64,000 nt of DNA from NCBI RefSeq assembly GCF_009914755.1, contig NC_060927.1. The stretch is one strand, 5' to 3'. The position numbers were made by a program, and so were the translations under genes. This document shows positions 27,136 to 42,395 of this stretch, in pieces (within the stretch, counting starts at the first letter, position 1; every line of letters starts with the position of its first letter). The notes below the pieces were generated by a model. It was not told the origin of the DNA. It was given only the letters and a program-made list of their open reading frames with translations, and made no database searches. Origin of the DNA: the human T2T-CHM13v2.0 reference genome, Homo sapiens.

Positions 27136-28467
27136 CTTGAGCTAAATAACTTTCCTTGTTACCGGAATCAGTGTGAATTGCATTTTCCGCTACATGTAGC
27201 TGAAAGCATACTAAATAAAGACAGTCTCTAGAGTGAAACGCAAGGTTCCGCATTTAAACGTTTTATAGTTAGTCCATCTTGGAAATTTAAATCACAATTT
27301 CTGGCAAAAAAATTAGGACTGCTCATTTATTTGAGAAAAAGCTCATGTCTCAGCCCAACCTTCAAATCTAAATCCGAAATCAAGGGTGTCAAAAAAGAAG
27401 TCTGGTCATAACAGAGGACTGAGGATGTATGACTGATTATAGACATTAAGAAAACAATCAATACCTCATTTATCCTGTGCAATAAACAGATATTCATGTT
27501 TTCATCACTGTCCAGCTAAAATGATATTATAGTTTGACAGTTGTCTAGAGATGAATTTAAGATTTCCATAAATGTTACCATCATCACATATTGGTATCAT
27601 GCTGATTTCATTCTTATTTTCAAAAACATTATTCTTGATATTTTATGGAATATTTTCACATCATGATACATGAATAACAGTTGCATGTAGAGTGTACAAA
27701 TATGCTTCAAACCCAAATGGTTGCTTAGAATCCAACTGAGAACATCCCAAAGTTAAGCAATTTGGCAGCACTTCTCACTGTTTTAAGTTGATTGGGACAT
27801 TGTATTGAGGCCTCCTTCAAATTTTGGACCATGTGGTAGTATATATATGTACTGAAGGGACCTATGGAAGGACTCAGGTAAAATGTTGCAAACTGTCCCA
27901 CCTTTGGGATAGCCACCAGGAATAAAAAGGTGATGATGATCAAGAGGCCAGAGCGATTACCTGGAGGTAATCCTTGATGTTGATCTGAAAGGCCCTTTTT
28001 GTAGCACGGACAAGGTATGGTTGAATTTGGTTTATTTAATGAGATCAGGCCATCTTTCAGAGTTCCTCACAGAGGCAAAAATAAGAAAGATATCAAATGT
28101 TAAAGCAGAACAGTAAGAACATTAAAGGTGAGAAAAGTAGAGAAATGTGACCATGAAAGCCAGAAGTCTGAGTCTAGTCTTGGGTCTATGAACAACTGAT
28201 GAGCTAGAGAGGGGAAAGGAGGGAGCTTCCCTTTTCACAATTGTTTTTCAAGTAGAAATAATTTTCTTATTCTTTTCTCTCTTTTCAAATATAGCCTATA
28301 ACTTTTTAGGATTTAACATAAGGCCAATTTGTTCTTGGCTTATTATAAACACTATATTTTGCTGTTAAAGTTCCTGTCTACTGACCAAAGTAACTTTGGA
28401 AAGCAACATATTGACTGGAAATGATAAGGCCATAGATAGAACTGTACATAAACACTGTACTATAGTT

Positions 28468-28813
28468 CAGGGGTCCCCAAACCCCGGGCTACAGACCAGT
28501 AGTTGTTCGCGGCCTGTTAGGAACCATGCTGCACAGTAGGAGGTGAGCAGCAGGCAAGCAAGCATTACCACCTGAGTCCCACCTCCTGTCAGATCAGCAG
28601 CAGCATTAGATTCTCATAGGAGTGTGAAGCCTATTGTGAACTGCACATGCAAGGGATCTAGGTTGTGTGCTCCTTATGAGAATCTAATGTCTGATGATCT
28701 GAGGTGGAACAGGGAACCTGTTTGATCCTGAAACCATGCCCCTGCAACCGCATCTGTGGAAAAACTGTTTTCCGTGAAACGGTCCCTGGTGACAAAGAGG
28801 TTGGGGACTGCTG
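28468..28813 (+). mobile_element. MER1B (hAT-Charlie), complete
   Basis: caggggtccccaa...ggttggggactgctg termini; perfect 8-bp TSD CTATAGTT (28460-28467 and 28814-28821). Confidence 0.93.
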
Positions 28814-29692
28814 CTATAGTTGGTAACAATTCTAAGGGAAATTGTCATCTTAAATAAAAAGGAAGTTTGGAAATTTGATTATATTACCTTCTGGTGATCC
28901 ATACATTCAATGCTTTTTAAATCCTTTGGCTACACTGTAACATCACGGCTGAATAGGGTTTTAGTTGTTTTTTCAGATGTTTTAAAAAATTTCTCCTGAG
29001 CAACAAGCAGTACAAACATTCCATACCAAGGTCAATCTTATTCAAGCCAAGTACAATAGTTTAGTCAAATGCAACTTAAAGTCAATCTGATAAATTTGTA
29101 ATGATAAACATGTGTATTAAGAGGATTAATAATTAGGCATGAATGGGGAACTCTGTGTAAATGACTTGGTGTGCTTGGTATTAATATTCTTATGGTCAAA
29201 AGAATTATTTGTTTTTTTCTCTTCTTATTAGTTCTTCATGTTACTGCTAACATGTTTTCCTGGTAAAATCCAAATTTTTTTTTATCATCACTGCCACAAA
29301 TTAGAAAGGTCCTGATTTTTTCCAACAGTTGCAGTTCCCTCTTCATTAACTTAGGGCCTTCAAGAACTTAAAGCATGCCTTTAATTTAATTTACTCCCCA
29401 ACTTCACCCTCTTTCAGTGCAGAATTTGGAGAGTGAAAAAAAACACGGCCCCTTCTCTAGGCAAATATGAACCCCAGACCAGGGTGTGCTGCTTAGTGAA
29501 CACAGCGTGAGCTCGGTTTTAAGACCCTGGGTTGTCTCTTTCTCCCATGCTTCAGGCATGAGATTCCGGGTGCTTACTGCCAGCAATACTTCCAGGTGTA
29601 TTAATTTCTGACACATGGACAACTTGGGGCAGAAAGCTGGGAGGGTAAATAGCAGAGATCAGGAAAAGAGAGGAAGCTTGGGTAAAGGTGCC

Positions 29693-32070
29693 TGATATGG
29701 TTTGGATTTGTGTCCCTGCCCAAATCTCATTTGGATTTTCATCCCTGCCCAAATCTCATCTTGAACTGTAATCCCCAGTGTTACAGCAGAGGCAGGATGG
29801 GAGGTGATTGGATCATTTGGATTACAGGGGTGGATTTCGCCCTTGCTGTTATTGTGATGGGTTCTCATGAAATTTGGTTTTTAAAAGTGTGTAGCACCTC
29901 CCCCTCACTTCCTCCTTCTCTGGCTGTGTAAGATGTGAATCCTTCCTCTTCACCTTCTGCCATGATTGAAGTTTCCTGAGGCCTCCCCAGCCACGCTTCC
30001 TGTACAGCATCTGGAACTTTGAGCCAATTAAATCTTTTCTTTATACTTTACCCAGTCTCAGGTAGTTATTTATAGTAATATGAGAATGGACTAATACAGA
30101 AAATTGGTACTAGGAGTGTGGCAGCATTGCTACAAAGATACTTGAAAATGTAGAAGTGACTTTGGAACTTGGTAACAGGCAGAGGTTGGAACAGTTTGGA
30201 GAGCTCAGAAGAAGACAGGAAGATGAGGGAAAGTTTGGAACTTCCTGGAAACTTGTTAAACTGTTGTGACCAAAATGCTGATAGTGATATAGGCAATGAA
30301 GTCCAGGCTGAGATAGTCTCAGATAAAGATGAGAAACTTATTGGGAATTAGAGTAAAGGTCACTTTTGTTATGCATTAGTAAAGAGACTGGTGGCATTGT
30401 GCCCCTGCTCTAGGGATCTGTGAAACTTTGAAATTGAGAATGACAATTTAGGGTATCTGGTGGAAGAAATTTCTAAGAAGCAAAGTGTTCAAATGCAGCC
30501 TGGCTGCTTCTAACAGCATATGGTCATAGGCATGAGCAAAGAGATGATCTGAAACTGGAACTTATACAACAGGGAAGCAGAGCATAAAAGTTTGGAAAAT
30601 TTGCAGCCTGTCCCTGTGGTAGAAAAGAAAAATCCATGTTCCTGGGAGGGATTCAAGCTGGCTGCAGAAATTTGCAAAGTAAAGAGGGGTGAATGTTAAT
30701 AGCCGAGACAATGTGAAAAATGTCTCAAAGGCATCTCAGAGACCTTTGTGGCAGCTGCTTCCATCACAGGCCTAGAGGCCTAGGAGGGAAGAATGGTTTT
30801 GTGGGCTGGGCCCAGGGCCCTGCTACCCTGCACAAACCTGGGACACTGCTCCTTGTATCCCAGTTGCTTCTGTTCCATCCATGGCTAAAAGGGCCTAAGA
30901 TATCGCAGGCTGTTGCTCCAGAGGGTGCAACCCATAAACCTTGGCAGCTTTCACATAGTGTTAAGCCTGTGGGTGTTGAGAGGACAAGAGTTGAGGCTTG
31001 GGAACCTCCACCTAGATTTCAGAGGATGTATGGAAACTGCTGGATGGTGGAAGTTGGCTATAGGGCTGAGCCCTCATGGAGAACCTCTACTAGGGCAGTG
31101 CAGAGGGGAAATGTGGGATTGGAGCCTCCACACAGAGTCTCCGCTGGGGCACTGCCTAGTGGAGTTGTGACAAGAGGGCCACTGTCCTCCAGACCCCAGA
31201 ATGGTAGATCTATTGACAGCTTGTACTGTGTGCCTGGAAATGCCACAGTCACTAAATGCCAGCTTGTGAAAGCAGCTGAGGGGGCTGTACCCTGCAGAGC
31301 CCCAAGCAGGGAGATCCCCAAGGCCTTGGAAGCCCACCCCTTGCATGAGTGTTGTCTGGATGTCAGACATGGAGTCAAAGGAGATCATTTTGGAGCTTTA
31401 AGATTTAATGACTGCCCTGCTGGGTTTCAGACTTACATGGGGCCTGTAGCCCCTTTGTTTTGGCTGATTTCTCCCTTTCAGAATGGGCATATTTACCCAG
31501 TGTCAGTACCCCACTGTATCTTGGAAGTAACTAGTTTTTAATTTTACAGGCTCATAGGTGGAAGGGACTTGCCTTGTTTCAGATGAGACTCTGGACTGTG
31601 GACTTTCGAGTTAATGATGAAATGAGTTAAGACAGGACTGTTGAGAAGGGAGGATTATCTTTTGCAATATGAGAAGGACATGAGATTTGGGAGGAGCCAG
31701 GTACAGGATAATATGGTTTGGATTTCTGTCTCCACCCAAATCTCATCTTGAATTGTAATCCTCTGAGTTGGAGGAGGGCCTGGTGGGAGGTGACTGGATC
31801 ATGAGGTGGATTTCCCCCTTGCTATTCTCGTTATAGTGAGTTCTCACAAGATTTGGTTGTTTAAAAGTGTGTACCACCTCCCCCTTCAATCTCTCTTTCT
31901 CCTTCTCCAGCCTCTTCTTTGCCTTCCGCCAAGATTGTAAATTTCCTGAGGCCTCCCCAGCCATGCTTCCTGTACAGCCTGAAGAACTGTGAGTCAATTA
32001 AGCCTCTTTTCTTTATAAATTACCCAGTCTCAGGTAGTTCCTGATAGCAATAAGAGAATGGACTAATACA
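29693..32070 (+). mobile_element. Full-length MSTA-type MaLR provirus: 5' LTR 29693-30098, internal 30099-31708, 3' LTR 31709-32070
   Basis: Both LTRs read t(g/a)atatggtttggattt...gaatggactaataca; 5-bp TSD GTGCC (29688-29692 and 32071-32075); about 1.6-kb internal region of THE1/MST-int type. Confidence 0.95.
30720..31541 (+). pseudogene. Remnant of the MaLR internal ORF (273 codons, no stop)
   Basis: The peptide ...WEPPPRFQRMYGN...SWRTSTRAVQRGNVGLEPPHRV...DVRHGVKGDHFGALRF... is characteristic of THE1/MST internal ORF translations. Confidence 0.8.
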
Positions 32071-33814
32071 GTGCCCTAGCCTTCAACTGACTGTCTGGGT
32101 ATAGAAGCTCTAGCTATGAGGAACAACCAAAAGGGAGTTCCTTAGCCCTAAGTTTTCAGGGGCAAAGTGAAGGCCACCTGCCTGATACAGATCCCCCCTT
32201 TATCAACAGGCCTAGAATTTCTATGACAGAACTAAAGCCATTCTTTCTGCAATGAAAGCCCAGTGGATTAAAAATATAACTTCCTGGAAAAGTTTACACA
32301 GGTGTTCAAAGGATAAATGATGAGATGCCAGGGACAAGAGGTTTAAGAGCAGGGAGACACTGTGTAGGAGAGGGTGGTGATGCCACTGAGGGGGAAAGAA
32401 GAGGACAACCATGCAGACTCCGCAATCTGGTCTCTGGCCTTGGCTGACCTCCAATTGCCCAGACAAGTCAAAGCCCTCTTTTCCTTCCCTGTCATGCACA
32501 TCTGCACTTTAGGGTACAAATAACTGTCCCCAAGGCAATGTGGCACTGAAAGAATATACAAATGTCAAGTTTCAAGAAAGGTCACTAGAAAGAAGCAAAC
32601 GCTATCAATGACACATTTAATTTAGCATGATTCAAACCCACAAAATATTTCTGGCCTGGGATTGTAAATATTTCTAATTGCTTTACTTGAGCTTTCCCCA
32701 AACCATTGTCTATGCCTCCCGGGCAGTATTCAGCATGGGTACAATCTGGCATCTTTGCATTTTATATAGAGGATGAAGATAAAGATAAGTGATGGAGGAA
32801 GAAGACCCAGCATGAGGTGAATGAGTGTTTCACTCAACCCAAAGGGCACTGTTCTGCAAAGGACATTGCAGCACTCTATTTCCTGTGATTCTGCTTTCAC
32901 AGCCTTCTCAGATTTTTTTTTTAATTTAAAATAAATGTATTGCACCATAAGGATTTTAAAAAGTTGGTTGTAAAACCTGTTTACAAAAGCTAAATTAAAA
33001 TGTCATGCTAAAACTGTTGAAAATAGAGGGCTTTTAATGATGCTCCCTTTGATGTTCACATTTCTTTGCAATAGAGTTACATGATTTGGGTGATGCAAAA
33101 AGATGGAGAAAGAAGGAAAGAACTCTCTCACAAAGATATATAGTCTACTCTTCCTGACCTTGAGTACGTTTACTGGCAGACAGATTGTAAACAAGGTTTA
33201 CAAAACATCGAATGACTAAATGTATGTTTCAAATATCCAGGTTAATTTGGCCTTAGATTAAAATTACTATCATGAGACTTAAACTGCTGATGTTTAAATT
33301 CATTTTATATCTATTCATTTCAATAAACTATACTAAATGGGAATATATTTTAAATGAGACTGTATTTTATTCCAGTTATCATTAACACTACTGATTAAAC
33401 AAGAAGAGATTACATATATGTATTTTTCACTTGAAAATCCTATAATTAGATGAACTCTAGATTCCAGTTTTCAATTCCATCCCTAAGCTCATAAAGAAAT
33501 CCACTGAAGTCAATGCTTTCCACATAACATGTTTTCCTAGGAAGTATACATCACTGACTGAAAAGAAAATCAGATAACTAGGAAAATTCTAGTCTTCTGG
33601 GAAGGCTGCTCTGCTCAATTTCTCCCTTTCAACCACCAATTTAACTCCAGTTGCCTGAAAATCTACCAGTAAAATATGACTGATGACAGCAGAACTGGCT
33701 CTTTTCAAATGCAAATCCTTCAGGAAAGGATTAAATAAACCATTTTGGCAATTAATACTTCAAGCGTAATTTACCTATCAAATTGTTGGCTGCCTCATCA
33801 CATCCCCCCAACTA

Positions 33815-34195
33815 CTGGTCCTCTGTCATGAGCCTCTTGTGACCCTTCTCCTTACCAGAGATTGGTAAGGAGTGGGCATGGAATTTAATTCTGGTCAGTG
33901 ATATGGGAAGGAAAGCCTGCTGGGGAATTCCCAAGTAGACTTCTCTAGAAGGGCTGTGCATGCACGTGTGTGTGATATAATTGGCTGTGTCAGCCCGCTT
34001 GAGAGAACACGATGAGAGCAAGTTGAAGATAAAGCTACCACACTAAGGATGGCAGAGTGGAAAGATGGTGATGCTACTCAACAGCTGAATAATCCAACCG
34101 TAGACCTATTTCAGGACTCTTGTTATGTGAAATAATAAACAACAAATTTCCTCATTTGATATAATACTTTCTCTTATTTTTACCCAAAGCAACTT
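33815..34195 (+). mobile_element. Old MLT1 (J/K-like) LTR
   Basis: aattctggtcagtgatatg...gcctgctgggga...aggactcttgttatgtgaaataataaac. Confidence 0.6.
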
Positions 34196-35117
34196 GATAC
34201 AATTCTAACTACTTTAGATGTGTCAGGGGATGTGAGGGAGAAGAGAACTCCTATAGAAGGTATTGTTGACTACCTGCTCAATATCCGCCACTACTACCTG
34301 TCCTAGGAAGCTATTTTCCTAAGGGAAAATAACGTTTGTATTTAATGGGAGAAGAAATACATCAGTGGTTCAGATCTATCTCTCACCAACACAGCCCATG
34401 GTGGTCTGTCATCTAACACCATTTTTTTACTGTCTTTACTGTTCATATGGCATTTAATCATATTATGCATCTCATGTGGATGAGATATTTTAATTTAGTT
34501 TAATTACTTAACTTTTCCCCCTTCCAATTTCACTCTAAGCATCTTCATTAGGATTGCTCTCTTATATTTCTTAAACAGATATAATGTCTTAAATTATAAT
34601 TTCTAGATCATGGCCTGAAATAGGTTAGGCAATTCTCCAGTTTTCTAGAAGTAAGAGTCTGCTTTCAAATTCGTTTTCATTTATCTGACACTTTTTGGTA
34701 TTTTGTCACGATAAAGAATAGATGAATATTACAAAAACAAATTATATTTGTATGACCATAGTATACGTTCAAACTACCAAAGGGCAATGACGAATGCACA
34801 CAGGGGTCACAGGGGTCATAAAGACACAGGATGGTCACCCCCCTGTAGTGCTGTGAGCCTTCAGGTAAGGGAGTATCTCATTATGCATCCTGTTTTATGC
34901 AGAGACTTTCAGCTCAGACCTTTTTTGATTTCCTGTGGTTTAGAGAGGATTCTGAACCATGGATACTTTCAGATCTTTGAAGGTTGGTATGTATTATAAT
35001 TATTACAAATCATACCAAAATATCACGCAGTTTATCAGGAAATTTACAAAAATACTTCTAGTTGGCTGGTGTGCTTAAATATTATAACTTATTCACATAG
35101 ACAAGTCAGTTTTTGAG

Positions 35118-35343
35118 TTTTTCTTTTTATTTGTTTATTGAGGCAGGGGCTTGGCTCTGCTGCCCAAGCTGGAGTACAGTGGCACAATCACAGCTCACTG
35201 TAGACTTGAACTCCTGGGCTCAAGTGATCCTCATACCTCAGCCTCCCTAGTAGCTGGGACTACAGGTGCATGCCACTATGCCCAGCTAATTTTTTTGTTA
35301 AATTTTTTGTAGACATGGAGTCTCACTATGTTGCCTAGGCTGA
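35118..35343 (-). mobile_element. AluJ, 5'-truncated
   Basis: Right arm plus a short part of the left arm, ending gttgcctaggctg. Confidence 0.9.
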
Positions 35344-37311
35344 GAATTTTTCTTATACTCTATTTTTTGTATACTTTAACCTTAGCAAAGATATTCTTAG
35401 AAAATGATTTGGCAACAATCATAGAACATGACTAACAGTGCTAAAAAAAGTAAAAATTTATTTAACAGAAGAATGGCCACCTAAAAATAGACTTCTAGAA
35501 AGCTAAGTATTGGAAGTCATTTATATTATCATGTAAAATAAAGCATAAAATTAAAAGTATCAAAATGTTTTACTTTCTCTTCAAGACAAACCAATACCAA
35601 TCCTCAAAATAATAGTACTAACAATAATGAAGTGAGGTCAATTTTAAAACTTTCTACTAGTTTTCACATTTCAGTAAAGAAGTATAATGATGTCTTTTAT
35701 AAAAATCTGGCACAAGGCTTAATTGTTACCTCTTTAAAGACTAAGCTGAATCTTGCCCTCTTTCATTATATGGCCAAATCATGGGCATTAACAGGAATAA
35801 ATGTGATACTTCCTTTTTATCTAAAGAAGATAGGCTGTGGATTATAGAAAGGGTATGTGTGATACATAAAAAGGCAATATTAAGAGAAAACAAGTTCTAC
35901 AACACACTATATGATGCTTGTCCAGGATATGTCATACCTATATAGATTTTGACAATAATTTCTCAAAACCGTTACAAGCAGATTTTACTGTACTTAGACT
36001 GATAGCTACTACTATATTATTTTAGGTTTTATGTCTCTTTCTACCACTATTTTGGCAATTAACATAAACAGTTTCTTGACCCTGAACCACTTTAAAAGAT
36101 AAACTGAGTCTTCAAATCTGAAAGGTATCATCATATAGTTTAAGGGACAAGAGACCCAAACGAAGAGATGTCTTTGCTTTCATTTCTGGCCACTGGTTTG
36201 TGTAAGAAATTTAACTGAAAAGCTATCTTGAACTTTTTTGAGGATATGGAATATCGCTGTATCACATCACACTGGCCTGGAAACGAAAGCAAATTGGATC
36301 CATGTATGGTAGGTACCCAGTCATAGGTTCTGGTGTCCTGGGACCACTCTAGTGGCAGCAGGCGGCTCCCATGGGAGAATGAGTCCCGGCTATGGGCCTA
36401 AGCATTTTCCAACTGTGCACTGTTGGAAGCTTAGAAGCTTAGATCAGCAAAAGCTGATTTCTCACTCATACTTCATGTCTATCATGAGTTAGCAGGGAGG
36501 TTCTGTTCATGGTGTCACAGGAAAAGAGAGCTGTGGATGGTCTTGCATTGACAATACATATATATCACTTTCAGTCACAACACAGTAGAGAGAACTAGTC
36601 ATATGATTCTGACAGATCATAGGGACAAGGAGGCGCAATCCGATTAAGTGCCCAGAATGGGCGAGAACTGGCAAAGTGTACTGACTTAACACACTATTTA
36701 ATAAAATAATAAGATAAAACTATTACTTGGAAAACCATGAGCTTATTTATCTTAAAAATTTCTGCCTACTTCCTTCCCCAAAGTTAGCAAATATACTAAA
36801 TTTTGAATGATTACTTGCATTCTGTCTCTTGGTTCACAGCAGGTCTATGTAGAGAGTTAGACTTACTTTATTTCTATTTTTACTCAACTTCTCAGTTTTA
36901 AGTTAAAGTACCATCATAAAGAAAAGTAATTAATTGGTGTTGGAGACTAATCCATATGCCACCAAAATATGATAGAATGCAAATGAAACCTGTCTCCATA
37001 TGCCTTTCTCATTTGTTATTCTCTTACTCTGGTTCTTCATAGACACGTTCTTTGTACAGGCAGATCATCTCCTCTTCTAATTTATTATGCCAATACATTC
37101 TACTTTGCTGTAATTTTTAGTTGTTATTTTTAATCTAAGTTATATATGTAACACTTACATAAGTGTTAATAGAGTGAAATGGTCAATACAATGAAATGGT
37201 GCTTTATACAACTGTTCCTGTTATGAAGAACAGTTCCCACAACCCGACCCTCCACTTCTTTCTCCCCAGAAACAACCATTTTAAATTCTTTTACCCATTT
37301 TGTTTTTTCAC

Positions 37312-37638
37312 CTCTATATCATCTATGTATCTATGTATCTATCTAGTCTATCTAAGACAAGCTCTTGCTCTGCATCCCATGCTGGAGTGCAGTGGCACAG
37401 TCACTGCTCACGCAGACTTGATCTCCCAGACTCAGGTGATCCTTTTACCTCAGTCTCCCAAGTGGCTGGGACTACAGTTGCATGCCACCATACCTGGCTA
37501 ATTAAAAACAAATTTTTTTTGTAAAGACAGGTCTCACTATGTTGCTCAGGCTGGTCTCGAACTCCTGGACTCAAGCAATGCTCCCAACTCAGCCTCCCTA
37601 AGTGTTGGGATTACAGGCGTGAGCCACCACAGCTGGCC
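37312..37638 (-). mobile_element. AluJ whose tail has become a (TCTA/TGTA)n microsatellite
   Basis: ctatatcatctatgtatctatgtatctatctagtctatcta directly precedes agacaagctcttgctctg... Confidence 0.9.
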
Positions 37639-37649
37639 TTTCTCTCTAA

Positions 37650-39990
<2,341 letters not shown>

Positions 39991-40387
39991 GGAGGGAACA
40001 GAGCTAAATGCTTGCACTAAAGGTGCCAGGTTTAAACTAAAGTTCCTCTCTGCTCTTTTATATACTACAGAATCACAGTTCCTACATGTTGAAGGGATCC
40101 CTAAGAGGGCAGGTAGTAAACTCTTCAGAGAGCAAAAATGTTTAATTTGCAGATAAGGTGGTTAAAACGCCAGAAGCTGAGTGTCTTGCCCCAAGACATA
40201 CAAAGTCACACAGATAGAGAACATGATATTCTATGTACCTTAAATAATTATCTCTCAAAGGTTAATAGTTTGTTTGTTTTTCTAATTTAGGATAATTTCA
40301 GCTATAGCTAGATCCTTTTCTGTATTACCTTGGCATCCTCTTCCACTGGGCAGATGAGATCTTATTAAGATATTAGGTGTTAAACTA

Positions 40388-41551
40388 CAGTCATGTGCCA
40401 CATAATGATGTTTTGATCAATGACAGACCACATACATGATGGTGGTCCCATAAGACTATAATGGAGCTAAAAAATTCTATTGGCTAGTGACATCATAGCT
40501 GTCATAATGTCATAGTGCAATGGATTAAGTGTTTGCGGTAATGCCAGCCTACTGTGCGGCCAGTCATATGTAAGTATGGCACATACAATTATGTACAGTG
40601 AATAATAATAATCGACTGTGTTACTGGTTTATGTATTTACTACATTATACTTTTTATCATTATTTTATAATGTACTTCTAGTTATATATATATATAAAAA
40701 AAGAGTTAACTTTAAAACAATGTCAGGCAGGTCCTTCAGGAAGTATTCCAGAAGAAGGCATTGTTACCACAGGAGTGATAGCTCTATGAGTGTCACTGCC
40801 CCCAAAGACCCTCCAGGGGGACAAAACGTGGAGGTGGAAACAATGATACTGATGATCCTGACCCTGGTTAGGCCTAGCCTAATGTGCGTGTCCGTTTTTA
40901 ACAAAAAAGCTTAAAAAGTAAAATAAAAAAATTTAAAAATAGAAAAAAGCTATAGAATAAAGATAATAAAAAGCATTTTTGTACATCTATCAAATGCGTT
41001 TGTTTTGAGCTAAGTGTTATTACAAAAGAATCAAAAATTAAAAAAATAAAAGTTTATAAAGTAAAAGTTATAATAAGGTAAGATTAATTTATTTTGAAGA
41101 AAGAACTATTGTTTAAATAAATTTAGTGTAGCCTAAGTGTACAGTGTTTATAAAGTCTACAGTAGTGCACAATAATCCTAGACCTTCACATTCACTCACT
41201 GCTCACTCACTCACTCGCCCAGAGCCACTTCCAGGCTCCATTCATAAGTGCCCTAGACAGGTGTACCATTTTTTTTCCTGTATACCTTACCTTATATTTT
41301 TCTGTACCTTTTATATGTTTAGATACAAAAATACTTAACATTGTGTTATAATTGCCTGCAGTATTCAGTACAGCACCATGCTATACAGGTTTGTAGCCTA
41401 GGAGTAACAGACTATACCATACAGCTTAGATGTGTAGTAGGCGGTACCATGTAGTTTGTATAAGTACACTCTATGATGTTTGCACTATGATGAAATTGCG
41501 TAACAACACATTCCTCTGAATGTATCATTGTTGTTAAGCTATGCATGGCTG
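40388..41551 (+). mobile_element. Tigger3b (MER7/Golem-type) non-autonomous transposon, near complete
   Basis: TA|cagtcatgtgccacataatg...ttgttaagctatgcatggctg TIRs; about 1.16 kb. Confidence 0.88.
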
Positions 41552-41671
41552 TTATAAAATGTGGTTAAACGTGAAGTTGGCTTATAATAATTTCAGACAC
41601 AACCAAGTTTTTAAAGCAGTGGATATGCCTTAGCTATATCCTTTTGAGAAATGTATATAAAGAATTTTACA

Positions 41672-41947
41672 GGCTGGAGGCAGTGGCTCATGTCTGTAAT
41701 CCCAGCATTTTGGAAGGCCAAGGCGGGCAGATCACTTGAGCCCAAGAGTTCCAGAGCAGCCTGGCCAATATGGCAAAACCCCATCTCTAATAAAAATTCA
41801 CAAATTAGCCAGGCATGGTGGCACACACCTGTAATCCCAGCTTCTCAGGAGGCTGAGGCATGAGAATCGCTTAAACCCAGGAGGTGGAGGCTGCAGTGAG
41901 CCAAGATTAAGACTCTGTCTCAAAAAAAAAAAAAAAAAAAAAAAAAA
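41672..41947 (+). mobile_element. Alu (Jb/S) with an internal deletion in the right arm
   Basis: ccaagatt joins directly to aagactctgtctc; TSD aagaattttaca on both sides. Confidence 0.94.
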
Positions 41948-42395
41948 GAATTTTACAGCGTATCAAAATAGAATTTAAATGTAGTTTGTATAGCTTTTTA
42001 AATGGTAAATCAATTATTTTTAATTTTCAAGAAATATTTAAAATGGAAAAAACACCTTGGTTTGTTTCAAGTTCCATCATTTATCTGTTAAATTTTATAA
42101 GAAAACACAGGCTTTGACAAAAAGGCATTTGTAGAGAAAAAAAGGACTGGGATTTGGGAAAGATTCAACTTATTTTAAAATGATGCTACTTTTTTTTTTT
42201 TTCCAGTGTAATATAGGCTACAGCCTTAAAATATTACTAAAGTAAAATAATAAAATACTTTTGATAAAATAATTCCTTTTAGTCCATAAAAGTTTTAAGA
42301 GCTTTATAAAACTGGGCACTAACAGAGCTTTCATAAATGCAGCACTCTAGAGAAGAAAATGAAGAACGAAGAGAAAACTGTCCTTAAATACTTAC

